A stretch of DNA of 64,000 nt. Source: Octopus sinensis (Eukaryota). The position numbers and the translations under genes are program-made. The notes beneath the pieces were generated by a model, which worked only from the letters and a program-made list of their open reading frames with translations, ran no database searches and was not told the DNA's origin. Location: assembly GCF_006345805.1 (NCBI RefSeq), contig NW_021835990.1, forward strand, positions 186,001 through 250,000, in the 5' to 3' direction. Shown piece after piece: positions 37,501 to 49,147 of this stretch. Each line of letters opens with the position of its first letter. Within the stretch, counting starts at the first letter, position 1.

Positions 37501-37795
37501 ATTTGATAATTTTTATACTATAACAATCAATTTTTTATTATATAGACGAGTGCTTTTCACATGGCCAGCTGTATGTGGGATGCTCAAGGGTAGGTAGAAG
37601 AGAAAATTTATATTTGCCAAGGATGGACGGACTGCAAACATCGTTTATCCACAGGCCTTAGAATAAGGTTATATCAAAGCAGGTCGCATTTATATATCTA
37701 AATAAATTTATAGTTATTTAAGGAAACTGCGAGCGTAGCGAGCAGGGCCTCCGCAGGAGCTAGCTCGCAGTGAGCAAAGCGAACTGCTGAGCTAG
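34566..37795 (+). mobile_element. Helitron unit B2, head-to-tail copy of B1
   Basis: CTAG|TCTGAAAT junction at 34565/34566. The only difference noticed is one extra T in a homopolymer near 34765. Ends CTAG^T. Confidence 0.93.
35083..37485 (+). CDS. Second copy of the Helitron Rep motif 3/PIF1 helicase ORF
   Basis: 800-aa translation identical to 31853..34255. Confidence 0.93.
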   Translation: MDNRWVVPYSPLLCKIFNAHINVEFCNSIKSIKYVCKYINKGSDQAVFTIEGRDEVTQYMHGRYICSSEAAWKIFGFPIHDRYPLVMHLEVHLENGQRVYFNEENVQDQIQNPRNSTLMAFFELCTLDTFAKTLLYCEIPRYYRWETTGKKFKRRIRGEPVNGHPGIVSSDALGRVYTVHPNNAECYCVRLLLHNIRGPTFFTDLKTVDGVICATFREACFKLGLLEDDKSWDDALTEAGIFNMPSKIRYLFTLMLAYCNISNPLQLWEKHKEIMCEDILKRDAKSGFDEDIFNEGLLIINRSLESVIGKNICEYGFSVNSQNITNNLEYDKYNLEELQKILNEREPNLLEGQLRIYNEINRKIEENDGKIFFIDAPGGTGKTYLLNLLLAKARCNNKIAIAVASTGIAATLLDGGRTAHSMFKLPLNLAKDMEPVCNIKGNSLIGTIIRDCNLIVWDECTMVSKRAFEAVDRTFRDIKHSDSPFGGSVLVLAGDFRQTLPIIQRGTPADELNACLKSSYLWTLVKKISLNVNIRAQKSETNSFAKVLLNVGNGTLETNSEDFKVSLPPELCINVNRPEELLTSVYPNLEENYTCFDWLRERAILAPLNDEVHNINLDLLIKLPGMERIYKSVDVIMDQETACEYPVEFLNSLEPSGMPHHTLKLKVGAPVVLLRNLESPRLCNGTRLVITNLMSNIIEATILTGKNKGEDVYIPKIPIISDELPFRFKRLQFPLKLSFAMTINKSQGQTLKVVGLFLASECFSHGQLYVGCSRVGERENLFIYTKDCRTSNIVYQQALQ

Positions 37796-37929
37796 TAACA
37801 CATAAGAATCAACGTTGGAAAAAAGCAACATAACAAAACATCGAGTGAAACTCGCTAAAGAAATAATTGGATATTTTTATTTGTTTAAAAAAATTAATCT
37901 AATATTTGATTATTTATTATATGGCTGGA

Positions 37930-39060
37930 TTTCGGGGATTCTGCGAGTTATTAAAACAAAGAAATGGCATTTGGCTACAATCGCAGGATTTCTTACCTCT
38001 AAATACGCTATTGCTGACACAGAAAGCATAGATATTAATTTTCTCAAAGACATTCAGAAAAAATATTTGCTAAACAAAATAAAGTCCAAGTCACTACACT
38101 CTGTTATGTTCAAATGCCTGGATGAATCAAATGTCGATCTTTCTACTTCCTCAGAATGGTTAGCCAAAGGAAATAATGGCCCCCGAAGTGAAGCATTATA
38201 CTGCCTTCTGCAAGATAGAAATTTGTTTTTTGCAAACACGAGGCCGTTATGCAATCACTGTAAAAAAAGTAAACAAACTGTTGATCATCTGGCCACTCAG
38301 TGTGGTAAAATGCTCAATAGCGATTACCTCCGAAGACATGACGAGGTGGTTAAATGTGTCCATCTTCATATTTGTCGAATGTATGGAATCAAAAAGAGCA
38401 GGAAATTAAAGACTCATTCAGTTCAGTCGATATTGTCAACTCAAAATGTAGAAATTAGAGTTGACACGTCAATTATAACAGAAAATAAAGTCAACTTCAA
38501 TAAACCGGATATCTTTGTTTATGACAAGATTAAAAAGGAAATAACCTTAATCGAGGTGGGCATAACATCTCAGGACCGCTTAAAACAAGTGGAAGTTGAG
38601 AAACTTCACAAATATGATTTCCTTGCAAATGAACTATCACTACTCTACGAATGCCAAGTTAAAATTATTCCCGTGGTTCTGACCTGGGATGGTGTTGTCA
38701 CAAGATGCTTCAAAAATTATATGGATAAACTATATATTGAAAAATCTACAATGACATACATCCAATCGGTTGTGCTCAAAAGGACGCTAGAGAGCATGAT
38801 AATTGAACACAAGCATGGAATGAAGATAACTGGCGAGGAATATGCCTCTGCGACCGATCAACTAGTAGAAATGGCATGCCACCAGGACACTCCATTCAAA
38901 GATAAAAGACGCACAAAAACTGACGCAGAGATAGAGAATGAAGAGGAACAAGCAGCAGACTCTTCTCCTAAAAGGAGAAGAGAGACTACCAATCGGGATT
39001 GAAAGTCCTATTTAAATATTTTAACCTTAATTAAATTTTGGTTTCGTAAATAAACTTCTT
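37930..39060 (+). mobile_element. 3' part of an R4/Dong-like non-LTR element (CCHC + restriction-like endonuclease)
   Basis: CNHCKKSKQTVDHLATQC, LRRHDEVVK, KPDIFVYDK, LIEVGIT, KLHKY in ORF 37815..39002. Confidence 0.88.
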
Positions 39061-40149
39061 GGCTGGATTTCTGAAGAACTTTTAAAATAAAAGCTGAAAA
39101 ATCTATGCTCTCGACCCACTCCTTTGCCAGCCTTGAACACCTCTTAACATCCGCCAATTTAGCGATTGGTTTAATGTTGTCTTATTGATTTCCAGAGGAT
39201 CCCTCTTGGATGACGAATCCGCCATGTGTCTCAAAATGGGTTACACTTGTTTTCCTCGTTGCAAGAAAAAAACTTTGCTAACCATTTGAGCTTTTGGAAA
39301 ATTTCGATACAGTTAAATTTACTTTTATCTTTATGAATGAATTTAATTCTTGCCTACTCATTATTCACATCATTGTAAATCTTCCACGATTATTTAATTT
39401 CGTATGTCACAGTGTCCGGTTCCTTGATATTGTCCGGCCTGATTAATTTAATTTTATTTAAGAAACAATCTATCAAACATGGCCATTTTTCAGAAAGAGT
39501 ATTAACAAATACAGTTAAATGAATAAAATATGGTCCCACTTGTCTGATTTTTGTTCACGCAGTGATCCAAATTGAATGTAAAATAACAGAACAATTTTGA
39601 AAAATTGCTTATTTTAAATTAGGTATTTCAATTTCCCTTTCAGTATTTCAAATTACTCACTGTGTAGTTCATTCGTGCGTATTCACGAATGGGTCCCAAT
39701 TCACAATATATTTAGATATTCTATATAATGGTTACGAAACCACAATAGTGAAGTGTAGGCTGGCCACCTTCCCACTGCAGAGTTTTTTGTTAACCGAAAA
39801 AAGTGTGAAAATAGATGCACAGCAATTTTACATGGAAAAAATTATATATGCTGAGCACAGAGATTTGGGTTTTGGACAAATAATCTTTTTGATTGTTAAT
39901 CTCGAATTGGCATTTTAATTCTGGAATGAGCAGCTTTTGTTTAGAATAAAGAGTTTTCAAATAATTATTTCTCACAGTCCTGTCAAACAGAGATTCTCTT
40001 AATAGGCCCTCCATCAAAGCATATTTATAATGGGACGAATATATTGTCGTGGGAATCGTATAGTGGTGAATGATTTTTTGAAATAGAACAATTATTCTTA
40101 GTATGTTAGATATTAAAAGAATTTGTGTTGGAATGACATTCTTTCTCTA

Positions 40150-40350
40150 TAGCTATTTGGAATGTGAAGATCTGGGTTCGAATCTCACTGTCATCGTTTC
40201 GGCCGAAGGTTCCATGCATATTACATGCAGCCCGGATTGACGAGTGACGCCGTCAACAGTGATACACCACTGCGGAACCGGATGTCTACATCACCACAAG
40301 CGAGAAACACAGTTGGAGCAGAGACCTCGTTCGGATTAGCTAGTTACTAA
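40150..40350 (+). mobile_element. Possible tRNA-derived SINE
   Basis: Pol III B-box GGGTTCGAATCTC near 40173 followed by a GC-richer body in AT-rich surroundings; no full cloverleaf. Confidence 0.4.
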
Positions 40351-40434
40351 ATAACATTTTCTCTCTCTGTGTTGCACATGCGGGGCTATAAACATTATGG
40401 CTTTCGTGAAAGTGCTATAATAATATTATTTCAT

Positions 40435-40680
40435 CCTTCGATAAAAGGTTGATGGACAACTCTGGAATCGCAAAGTGGATTGTTAACTTTGTTAAATCAT
40501 TGGTGGGAAGATGGACTGTGCATCTAAAGCTGAATACTCGTGCCATTCGTAAAGTGAAATTGGGAAGAGGCATATTGCAAGGGGATAGTTTGTCTCCATT
40601 ATTGTTTGTGTTGGTGATGGACCCCTTGAGTAGAGGTTTAAATCTCAAGTTTCCCACAATATCTGTCAAAACAAGAATGA
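40435..40680 (+). mobile_element. R4-like RT fragment
   Basis: RGILQGDSLSPLLFVLVMDPLSR. Confidence 0.8.
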
Positions 40681-40839
40681 TAATGAGATTAAAAATTAAC
40701 ATTTTTCACTGTAAAATTTACAGCAATTGAATCAAATTTTAATATAGATATAACATACAAAAAAATAAAGTCGATAAATTATAAAATATCAATAAAAATC
40801 AATGTATATAATAGAAAGGGAAACATATCATTTAAAAAA

Positions 40840-41130
40840 GATGCATTCAATTGAAATTAAATTATTAAAAATGTACACATTAACTTGTAAAATAACTTTT
40901 CTCAAGATATTCTACATGTACCCAATATTTAATCTTCAATAAAATGCATATACAAAATTATATTTAAAAAAATGTTGAATGACAAATAATAATCAACTGT
41001 CGAAAATAGAACACGCTGATGATAATAATTATTTAAAAAATATCTAAAGAAATTATCTAAAGAAATAATATTTATAGAAAATATATAAGTTAAAGTTCGG
41101 TCATTGATTATATATCTTAATTTCAAAAAA
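40840..41130 (+). repeat. AT-rich dispersed repeat (empty-site paralog of the Helitron target)
   Basis: Shares CATTCAATTGAAATTAA...AATGTTGAATGACAAATAATAATCAAC...ATAATATTTATAGAAAATATATAAGTTAAAGTTC with 24190-24310 + 37796-37920 and with 43960-44160. Confidence 0.7.
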
Positions 41131-41979
41131 ATTTTAAAATAAAAACTAAAAAATCTAGGTTCGAATTAATCTGGTCTATCAGCCTTGATCACTGCTTGCC
41201 TGCCCTATTTTGGCAATTGGCTTTGTGCTGTTCCTTTGATCTACGCCGGATCTTTTTTTGATAACAAATCCGCCAGATCACGATTTGACTCCCTGTGTGT
41301 CTTTAAATAAGTCAGCCTTATTTTTTTCGTTGCGTGAAAGTTATCCACTATAAGAAACTTTACCTTCTCTTTAGCAAACTGATTGTGCGTAGATTACTTT
41401 GTTACTCCTTACGACATTGTCAGAGAAACCTTGATTCGATAGCTTTTGTTCTATTCTACAGCCTGTGGGTCTCGATCATGGAACTGGACGACGCTTTTTC
41501 ATTTCGAAAAAGCCAATGTAATGCCTGCGATATCACCCGGAGATTTTTTGTGACTTATTAATAAAATTAATTTACCTCCATGGAAATGTGTATCCTGTGG
41601 AATAAATGGAGGATTTTTTCTGCTTCAGACAATTTATTCAGTCGTTTAAAGAAAATCTATGAATATGTGAATAAAACTGATAATTATTATCTATAAATAA
41701 TGATTTTATGACTTTTCGGATTAATTAATCTGTTTCGATTTTTTGGACAAAACCTCAGCTTTTGGAACACTTAGTGCTCGAAATCCAAGTGTATTAATTC
41801 AAATCCGAGACGTTTTATAAATGACCCTTAACCTAACCAAGTGACATTATTAAAAAGCCTAATTTATGATCTTAGCCAATAGCTGTTTGATCAGATTAAT
41901 TAGTGGAGTACAAGAAGAGAGACCAATCTGACTAATCCCTATGGTCTACCTTGTAAAGTTATTACAACAAATTAGTCAC

Positions 41980-43460
41980 ATTATCCCGAACAGTTTCGTC
42001 CCAATCCTACCATTGACATATTGGCTCAACCTCATCCACCGAGTAAGGAGAAAACACATACTCCTCCCACGATTAATGTGGATTAATGCTATACACGTGC
42101 TAAGCACAGTCGCCAACTGAAAACTCACTCGCTGTAGTTCACGCTTGTTTAAATCGACTTGATCAGTACAAGCAAACAATTAAATTTATGGGGCAATAAT
42201 TCATTTTGTTGGTCCTCACACACCCACTCGTAGTGGCCAAGTGTCTTGATTGTTGGGTCACGTACTTTGGACAGCAAATACTTTTTTACTGAACGCAGTT
42301 GTTGACAGTAGTCGCTCATTTCTTGTCGTAATTTCCTCAATTGTGCACGAAACTTGTGTCATACTTTATTGTGTGTGTAATCAAATGGAAAAGACCACCT
42401 GTAAGGATATCCCCGCTGTAAGTTAGTTGAGAATAGTCGTCCTTTAATGAAGCCAGTAATGCCTCCAAGAACAACCACAGTTCTCGGTAATCATTGGCCT
42501 GAATAGAGCACGACTGTTGCCCTAATTCATTGACATAACAGAAATACTCCATGAGATGGAGACTGTCTGTCCACTGGGGAATCTCAGTGTGGTTTTAGGG
42601 GATGTATCCTCGATTATTTGGAATACTTTTTATAAAGCCATCCAAATCAAGTATTTTGGCCGACTTGAAAGTGACTTTGAGATATCCTTCGAACGTGTCG
42701 GGCATGTCAGAAAGCATCATATGCAAAGGAAAATGAAATCTTTTGCAAGTCGACTGCCAGTGTGGAAGGTAGGTCTGTCCAATCTTTACTAAACTCGACC
42801 ACAAAAGTTTAATTATTGGCTATTTTAGTCTCATTAAATTTCCACTAATGAAGGGCACTCTGATATTCTTTTGGGAACTCTCAATCGAGGACCTGAGAAG
42901 GATCCGGACATTGTCAACTTGCATGTTTGTGGAGACAAGACACTGGAGATTTAGTCAACAAAAAATACTTCCAGACATATCCGACTTTCCCTCTAAACAT
43001 ATATTTCCATACAAACGTGAAATGTGTCTGTCACTTGAGATTCGGCAGAACGACCTTGGAGGATTGATCTTGTTTGATTTCCTTGCTGAGTGTGCGTAGT
43101 TCCTGTCTGGTCTGCTCGTGACTGAGATCTCTGGTCAGAAGAGTCGTCGATATCGTGGAAGGATCGATCCCGAAGTAGAAAGATTCGGGGAACCCATCCT
43201 CTCATAAAATAGAGACAAGTCCGCGTTGGTTTCTACAACCAGTTAATAAAAGAAACTACTCGGAAGGCTTGTAACAATTTAAATGGCGGAAAAATCGGTT
43301 CGACACGACCAAAAAACTTCCCTTCCCTTGTAAGCTCGAATGGAGGACTGAGCCATCTCCATAAAAATTCCCGGCTTCTCCTCGGACTCTGCGATTAACT
43401 GGGATTCTTACTCCACGTGTGGACAAGGAAACAGAAGTCGTGGTCTCGAAGTTTGTCATT
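41980..43460 (-). pseudogene. Unidentified degraded or multi-exon coding region
   Basis: Chain of consecutive minus-strand ORFs (42149-42340, 42337-42552, 42595-42804 and others) with protein-like composition; no family recognised. Confidence 0.3.
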
Positions 43461-43959
43461 TTATTTATTTATTGACCAAAGACCCGAGTAAGCCAGTTAA
43501 TTATAATCCCCTGTGATCCCCGATTCATGTCAATGAAGTAGATTTTTCTGAAAGATTCGAGCCTGCCCACAATGATCGGACTGAGAAGACCATGTCCCAG
43601 GGTCAGAGTTCTAGAAGTTCTTTTTTTGGTAGTTAATTAAAAAATAATAATATTTAGCGCTTTTTTGGAAAGGAAGATATTTATGTAAATGGAAGCTGTA
43701 AGTTATGGTTAGATAAAGTCACAGGAGATGATTGACTAATTAGTGCTTTTGATGATCGACTGATTTATAGTCCTAAATGTGCTTTTCTGGCTTACTGTCA
43801 CGTCTAGGAAAGGCGGGGCAATCCTCCAAAATACCACCCACCGAATAGAGGAACTGTAGCTATACAAACCTGTCTTCCGTCTTTTTCCATATAAAATAAA
43901 TTTATTTAATTTTGTTTTTTTAGTGGTGAAACGTATGCTTGAATAGACTAATTATAAAG

Positions 43960-44160
43960 CAATAAGAATATTCAAAATTATATTTAAAAAAAATGTTTAA
44001 TAACAAATAATAATAAACTGTCAAAAATAGCTGATGAAAATAATAATCGATGAAATAGTGATTCAATATTTATACTTTTTAATTATTAAAAAAATAATAT
44101 TTATAGAAAATATATAAGTTAAAGTTCAATTATTGATTATATAACTTAATTTCAGAAAAA
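43960..44160 (+). repeat. AT-rich dispersed repeat, copy
   Basis: Matches 40940-41130; contains uninterrupted AATGTTTAA|TAACAAATAATAATAAAC. Confidence 0.7.
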
Positions 44161-45119
44161 CTTTTACTGAATATGTACTATTTTAATACATTACCTTTTT
44201 TCCCCCCTACAAATCACATCTCCTTATACCGATCCGTTTCTGGTAAAGCTGTTTGAGTACATCAGTGAAATAGTCACCACAAGAGACTATCATCAATAAA
44301 CTGTTTCTTGGAACGGCTGTGTGGAAAGGTTTGCGTAGACAATAATTAGAGGTTTTCATTAACAAAAATAAGTGTACTTGCCCATGTCAAGTCTAACCTG
44401 TTCGAAATAATTTTATTTAAAAAATAGTTTGTGGGCGTCCAGAGTATTGACACGCCGGAGAATGGACACTGCTTAGAACACAAAATCGGCAAATGAAATA
44501 TTGCTTTTATTTCAGAACGTTTTTATTACGTCGGACTACTTCATACCGATCATGGAAGAGAATTTAGTAATGTTCTTATGACTAAAAGTTGCGATAAATA
44601 CAACATTTGTCATATTTTTGGAAAACCACGCATGCAGCCACAAATTTTGATGCTTATGGACAAGGTAGGGGATTAATACTAGTAAAGGGCCAATTCATAA
44701 GCAAGAATTGAACTAAAACGGAATTAAATATTTATTCCACTACTAATAGGCTAAAAAAGTAAACTGACAAGGGTCAGGCAAATTTTTGTGTTGTGATAGA
44801 CATCAAAAGAATAGTCACCAAATATTACACGGGCTACATAAGCCAGTCAACTGCTACAGCTCTTTAAATTGATTAGGCATATTTTTACAATTAATCACAT
44901 TTTTCTTTCCAAAAAGATGGGAATTCTATAGAGGGGATGTATACCCCATTAACTACTTTTTTGAATTCTCTGCACAGATGACCATAAAGCGAATAAAACC
45001 TTCTAATATGTTGTAAACTTTATTACAACGTTGTCATTTTAGACTCTAAATGACAACTACTTTTCTAAAGTTTATTTTTTACACTATCACTACATAGACT
45101 ATCAATATTTTAAATACGA

Positions 45120-46400
45120 CGATAACACCAATTCCCTGAATCGACACTTGCAGTTGATGAAAGAGCGTTTCACTCTAGAAATTTCATATTGGCTTTTATC
45201 AGAAAACCCTTCGTCGATCAAAACTTAGTTATTAACGTAAAAACCGCGAGATAAGCAGCAACTGTCAAATCAATCGCTACGTTTGAAATAGAAAATAGAC
45301 CAAAGTTTTGTGACTGAGGAAATATGATATAACCGCAGGTCAGCTTTGTACAGGAGACTGGCATATTGGGCCAGCAGTTGAAAATACTGTTTTAACCACA
45401 GAGACTCGGTCGAGTAAAATTTACTGCGAATGTTTTTAATTTCCCTGAACTAAGTCAATTACGTGACAAATTTAACGATTTAGCAGACAAATGAAAGTCA
45501 AGTTATTGTATACTATTGTCGGGAATAAGCAGAATATTGGGAAAACATGTTAATGTCCTTTTGGAAGTACATTGCTCTCATTTCATCAAAGATATTTTCC
45601 AACAAAAATTCCTTTCGTCTCGATCTGCTAGTGAGAACGAGGATCTGACCTGGCGATTGATTATACCTTTGAGAAAGTCATTTACCCCATTTATTTAGTT
45701 CAGATTTGCGACAATCATCTCTAAAAAATTCATATCTTCCTCGTCAATCAAAGTGTCTGTCACAGCCCAGAAAATGAATCTAGCAGAAGACGGATCGGAA
45801 GCAAGAGGAAAACCTGGAATCAATATTTTCTAGATAAGATGTTATTATTCCACCTTAATTCATTTAACATAATTTTATGATTTAAAAATATATGTTGACC
45901 TTGATTTTTGTGATTTTGCTACAAATCCACTTTTGCATTAACCCCAGCATTCAGGCCAAGTCTAATGAGAATAATTCGGAAGTGTGTAGATTTGTCGTCG
46001 ACATTCTTTCGAACCTGCTGGTCAATCCTAGAATCCAGGTTTGAAACTATATAAAAACTTCAGCTAAAATTACTGCACAAACTTTCAGGAAAACTCTGGA
46101 ATTTCCCAAAAGTATAGTGTTTTACATATTCAGTGTAATATGACATTGTCGGAGATACTGTACAGCATATACACCCTTATGTCCTTCAACGATGTACTGA
46201 TATATGCACAAGTGTAGGTAGCCAGTCTGATTTGTCCGAAAAGTGTATCCTTCCAGTTTTTGAGTCTTTCAAATGTTGGCGATATTGCTACCTCATTGAA
46301 TGCGTATTTGAATAACAGCCTACCTGGCGATTCCACGTGTGTTCAAATGCAGAATTTCTTGATTGATAAAATTCGAGAAAATTTCCCCCAGGTTTAGTTA
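45120..46400 (-). CDS. Unidentified intron-containing gene or pseudogene
   Basis: Protein-like minus-strand segments (e.g. LIPGFPLASDPSSARFIFWAVTDTLIDEEDMNFLEMI) separated by short AT-rich intron-like stretches. Confidence 0.25.
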
Positions 46401-47483
46401 TTTCATACATTTGTTGATCTAACTACTCTTCAAGGATACTACTCCGATACACGCCGTGATGGCTTATTTGATAGAGTCACTTACTTATTGTAGGAATCTG
46501 GGTTCTTCTGTTCCAGTTTCTAATAGTCAGACTGTACTAATATTTGTTTGTTTATTAACAAATGAACTTGCTTTTGCAATCACAATTAGTTCGAAATTCC
46601 CCATCAAAAATTAATCCCCCATGGAAACGGTCTCCTACAGAGAAGTGGCGTTTGTAAGTCGACCTGGCCCCAAATCCTGTTCTAACAACGAGAAGCCAGA
46701 CTGAGAGGGTTTGAGGGTTTTAAATGCGCATTCTTATTATTAATAAGCTAGAATAGACTTCTAATTATCTCTCTTACTTCTAGGCGACTTAATAATAATT
46801 AGGTCAATAATCTAAATTTAACCAAAAATAGAACATTCTCTGCTAATAAAAATTCGTTTAGCTATAGAGGACGTATAGTTAGTATGGTTTTGAAATAAGT
46901 TTAACAAGACAATCAAAATCTAAGTTAGTTACAGAAGACATTATCGTGAGGAGAAGCAAGTTTTTAATTAGAATAAACCAGTTGCTCCATTTACCTTGAT
47001 TTGTTATTTTCCACGGATGCTTTTAAAAGTGTTTCTAAAATTGAGAAAACTCAGATACGATATTAGCTTGAATTTACTTGAAGGCTTCCCTATGGACAAT
47101 ATTCTAAAATAATGATAAAACGAATACGAAATCGACTGTGAATTTAAGTTTTTGAAACACGAGACTAAATTTTTATATCAAATAAGATTATAAAATGACT
47201 AACTATAATGACATTTGGCAATTCTGGAATAAATGAAGTAAACGTAATGAACCTTGGCATTAGATTTGAAATAATAAAAATACATACATTGAACCCAACT
47301 TTGGATTCTTGCTGAGTGGATTATATGCAACTGAAACAGTATGACGATTCGAGGAATATTGTCGCTGATTTACCTAATGAAAGGTTTCAAGTCGATTTGA
47401 TTAATTTTAAAAGGTTTGAAGTTTTATTAGTTACAAGCAAAGCTTCAAATGGAAATTATTAAACAGCATAGGAGGACTCATTA

Positions 47484-49147
47484 CAGTCCGACCCCAAAAT
47501 GGGGCAGACCCCAGGGGTGGGGCACCCTCGGATTTTGGGGCACCCCCGCAATTTGGGGCACTTTATTCCAAAAGTACATTTTGGCAGAAAAAAAATAAAA
47601 ATCGATAAAAAATTATGGAATTTTTGGGGCACCATAAAATCATTTATAAGGAATTAAAAATAAAATAAAATTATAATAAATTAATTATTTTTTGTTTTAT
47701 TTTCAATTTATATTTTTATTGTTGTGGTTATGGATTACGAAACTAAATTGAAGATTGCTAAAGAAATTTTGAAGAAAAATTTATCTGAGAGGCAACTAAT
47801 GAAAAAGTACAACACAAGTAAAGGAACAATATCAAGAATAAAACGAAATATTGTACCTTTCTTGCAACACGGCAATACTATTTCTGAGGAATATGACACA
47901 TTTAAAGCCGATAAAGATAAATTTGATGATCAAGTCTTTGAAATATTTCAAAGACTACGCGTAGATAAAATTCCGATTTCAGGCCCTATTTTGAAAAAAA
48001 TTGCCTTAGTTACAGCTTCAAAAATTGGATTTACTTCTTTTAAAGCTTCCAATGGGTGGCTTGATAGATTTAAATTGCGGCATGAACTTCAATTCAAGTC
48101 AATATGTGGTGAAAAAGCTTCATGTGATTTATCTTATGTGAAAAATTATTTTGAAAAATATGACCAGAAAGTATTAAAATATGGACCTGAGAATATATTT
48201 AATTGTGATGAAACTGCGCTTTTTATAAAAAGAACTCCTCAAAAATCATTTGTTGAACAAGGCGAACCGTGTTTTGGTTATAAACAAGGGAAAGAAAGAC
48301 TCACTGTTCTTCTATGCTGCAGTTTAATCGGGGAAAAACTTAATCCATTGATTATTGGAAAATATAAAAAACCTCGGTGTCTAAAAAATTTTGATGTTCA
48401 AGATTTTGGGTTATTGTATTCATCTTCTCAAAATGCATGGATGACTGGAAAGACTTTTATGAGTTGGCTTACACTTATAAATGAATCGTTTTGCAAAAAC
48501 AACAGAAAAATATTATTAATACTTGACAATGCGGGATGCCATAAAACTGCCGAATGTTCGAACATCGAATTTTTATTTTTGCCGAAAAATACAACGCCCT
48601 ATTTACAACCTTTGGATATGGGAATAATCAAGATTTTTAAAGATTATTATTCCTCTTTCTTAATGGAATTTTTATGTTTTCAAGATTTCGAAAACGAAAA
48701 GTATTGTTAATTGTTGGAAGAAAATCGACAGGAACCGTGATTCTTATGCAACAAAAAACTGTCTAACAGATGAACATTTAGATCAAGTTGTTAACGAAAC
48801 AATTGATGGAGAATGCGAAGACATGAACAATAATGTTTATGATACATATTCAGAAACCGAAAATAGTGAAAATGTCGTAGCAAAAACAAAAGATCTGCTT
48901 AACAATTTAGAAGAAAAAATTTCTAATGTTGCACCAAGTATGCTCCGAGATTTTTTTGATTTTCGGCTGAAATTGACGAACAATATCAGACAAAACTCTA
49001 CAAATAAAAAGAAAATAACTGAATATTTTAGTAAAAATGTTTTTTGATGTTTATTAATGGTTTAATTTTTAAAAAAATAACAAACCCCTGTTTTTGGGGC
49101 ACCCCCGCATTTTGGGGCACTTGGTGCCCCATTTGGGGGTCGGACTG
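47484..49147 (+). mobile_element. pogo/Tigger DNA transposon with both ends
   Basis: TIR CAGTCCGACCCCAAAATGGGGCA / TGCCCCATTTGGGGGTCGGACTG, TA on both sides, subterminal TTTTGGGGCACC repeats. Confidence 0.95.
47730..48710 (+). CDS. pogo/Tigger (CENP-B-like) transposase, C-terminus disrupted
   Basis: ISGPILK, FKASNGWLDRFK, FNCDET, LILDNAGCH, LQPLDMGII (DD29D spacing); frame lost near 48700. Confidence 0.9.
   Translation: MDYETKLKIAKEILKKNLSERQLMKKYNTSKGTISRIKRNIVPFLQHGNTISEEYDTFKADKDKFDDQVFEIFQRLRVDKIPISGPILKKIALVTASKIGFTSFKASNGWLDRFKLRHELQFKSICGEKASCDLSYVKNYFEKYDQKVLKYGPENIFNCDETALFIKRTPQKSFVEQGEPCFGYKQGKERLTVLLCCSLIGEKLNPLIIGKYKKPRCLKNFDVQDFGLLYSSSQNAWMTGKTFMSWLTLINESFCKNNRKILLILDNAGCHKTAECSNIEFLFLPKNTTPYLQPLDMGIIKIFKDYYSSFLMEFLCFQDFENEKYC

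Larger units (their letters stand above)
24311..37795 (+). mobile_element. Composite Helitron insertion (satellite modules x2 plus helicase modules x2)
   Basis: Follows A24310 with a noisy copy of the Helitron head seen at 27307 and ends with hairpin+CTAG before T37796. No TSD. Flanks rejoin into the repeat seen uninterrupted at 40971-41010 and 43992-44030. Confidence 0.75.

Noticed and set aside
40150-40200. tRNA gene
   Set aside because: Only a B-box/T-arm is visible and no acceptor stem can be formed; treated as a possible SINE head
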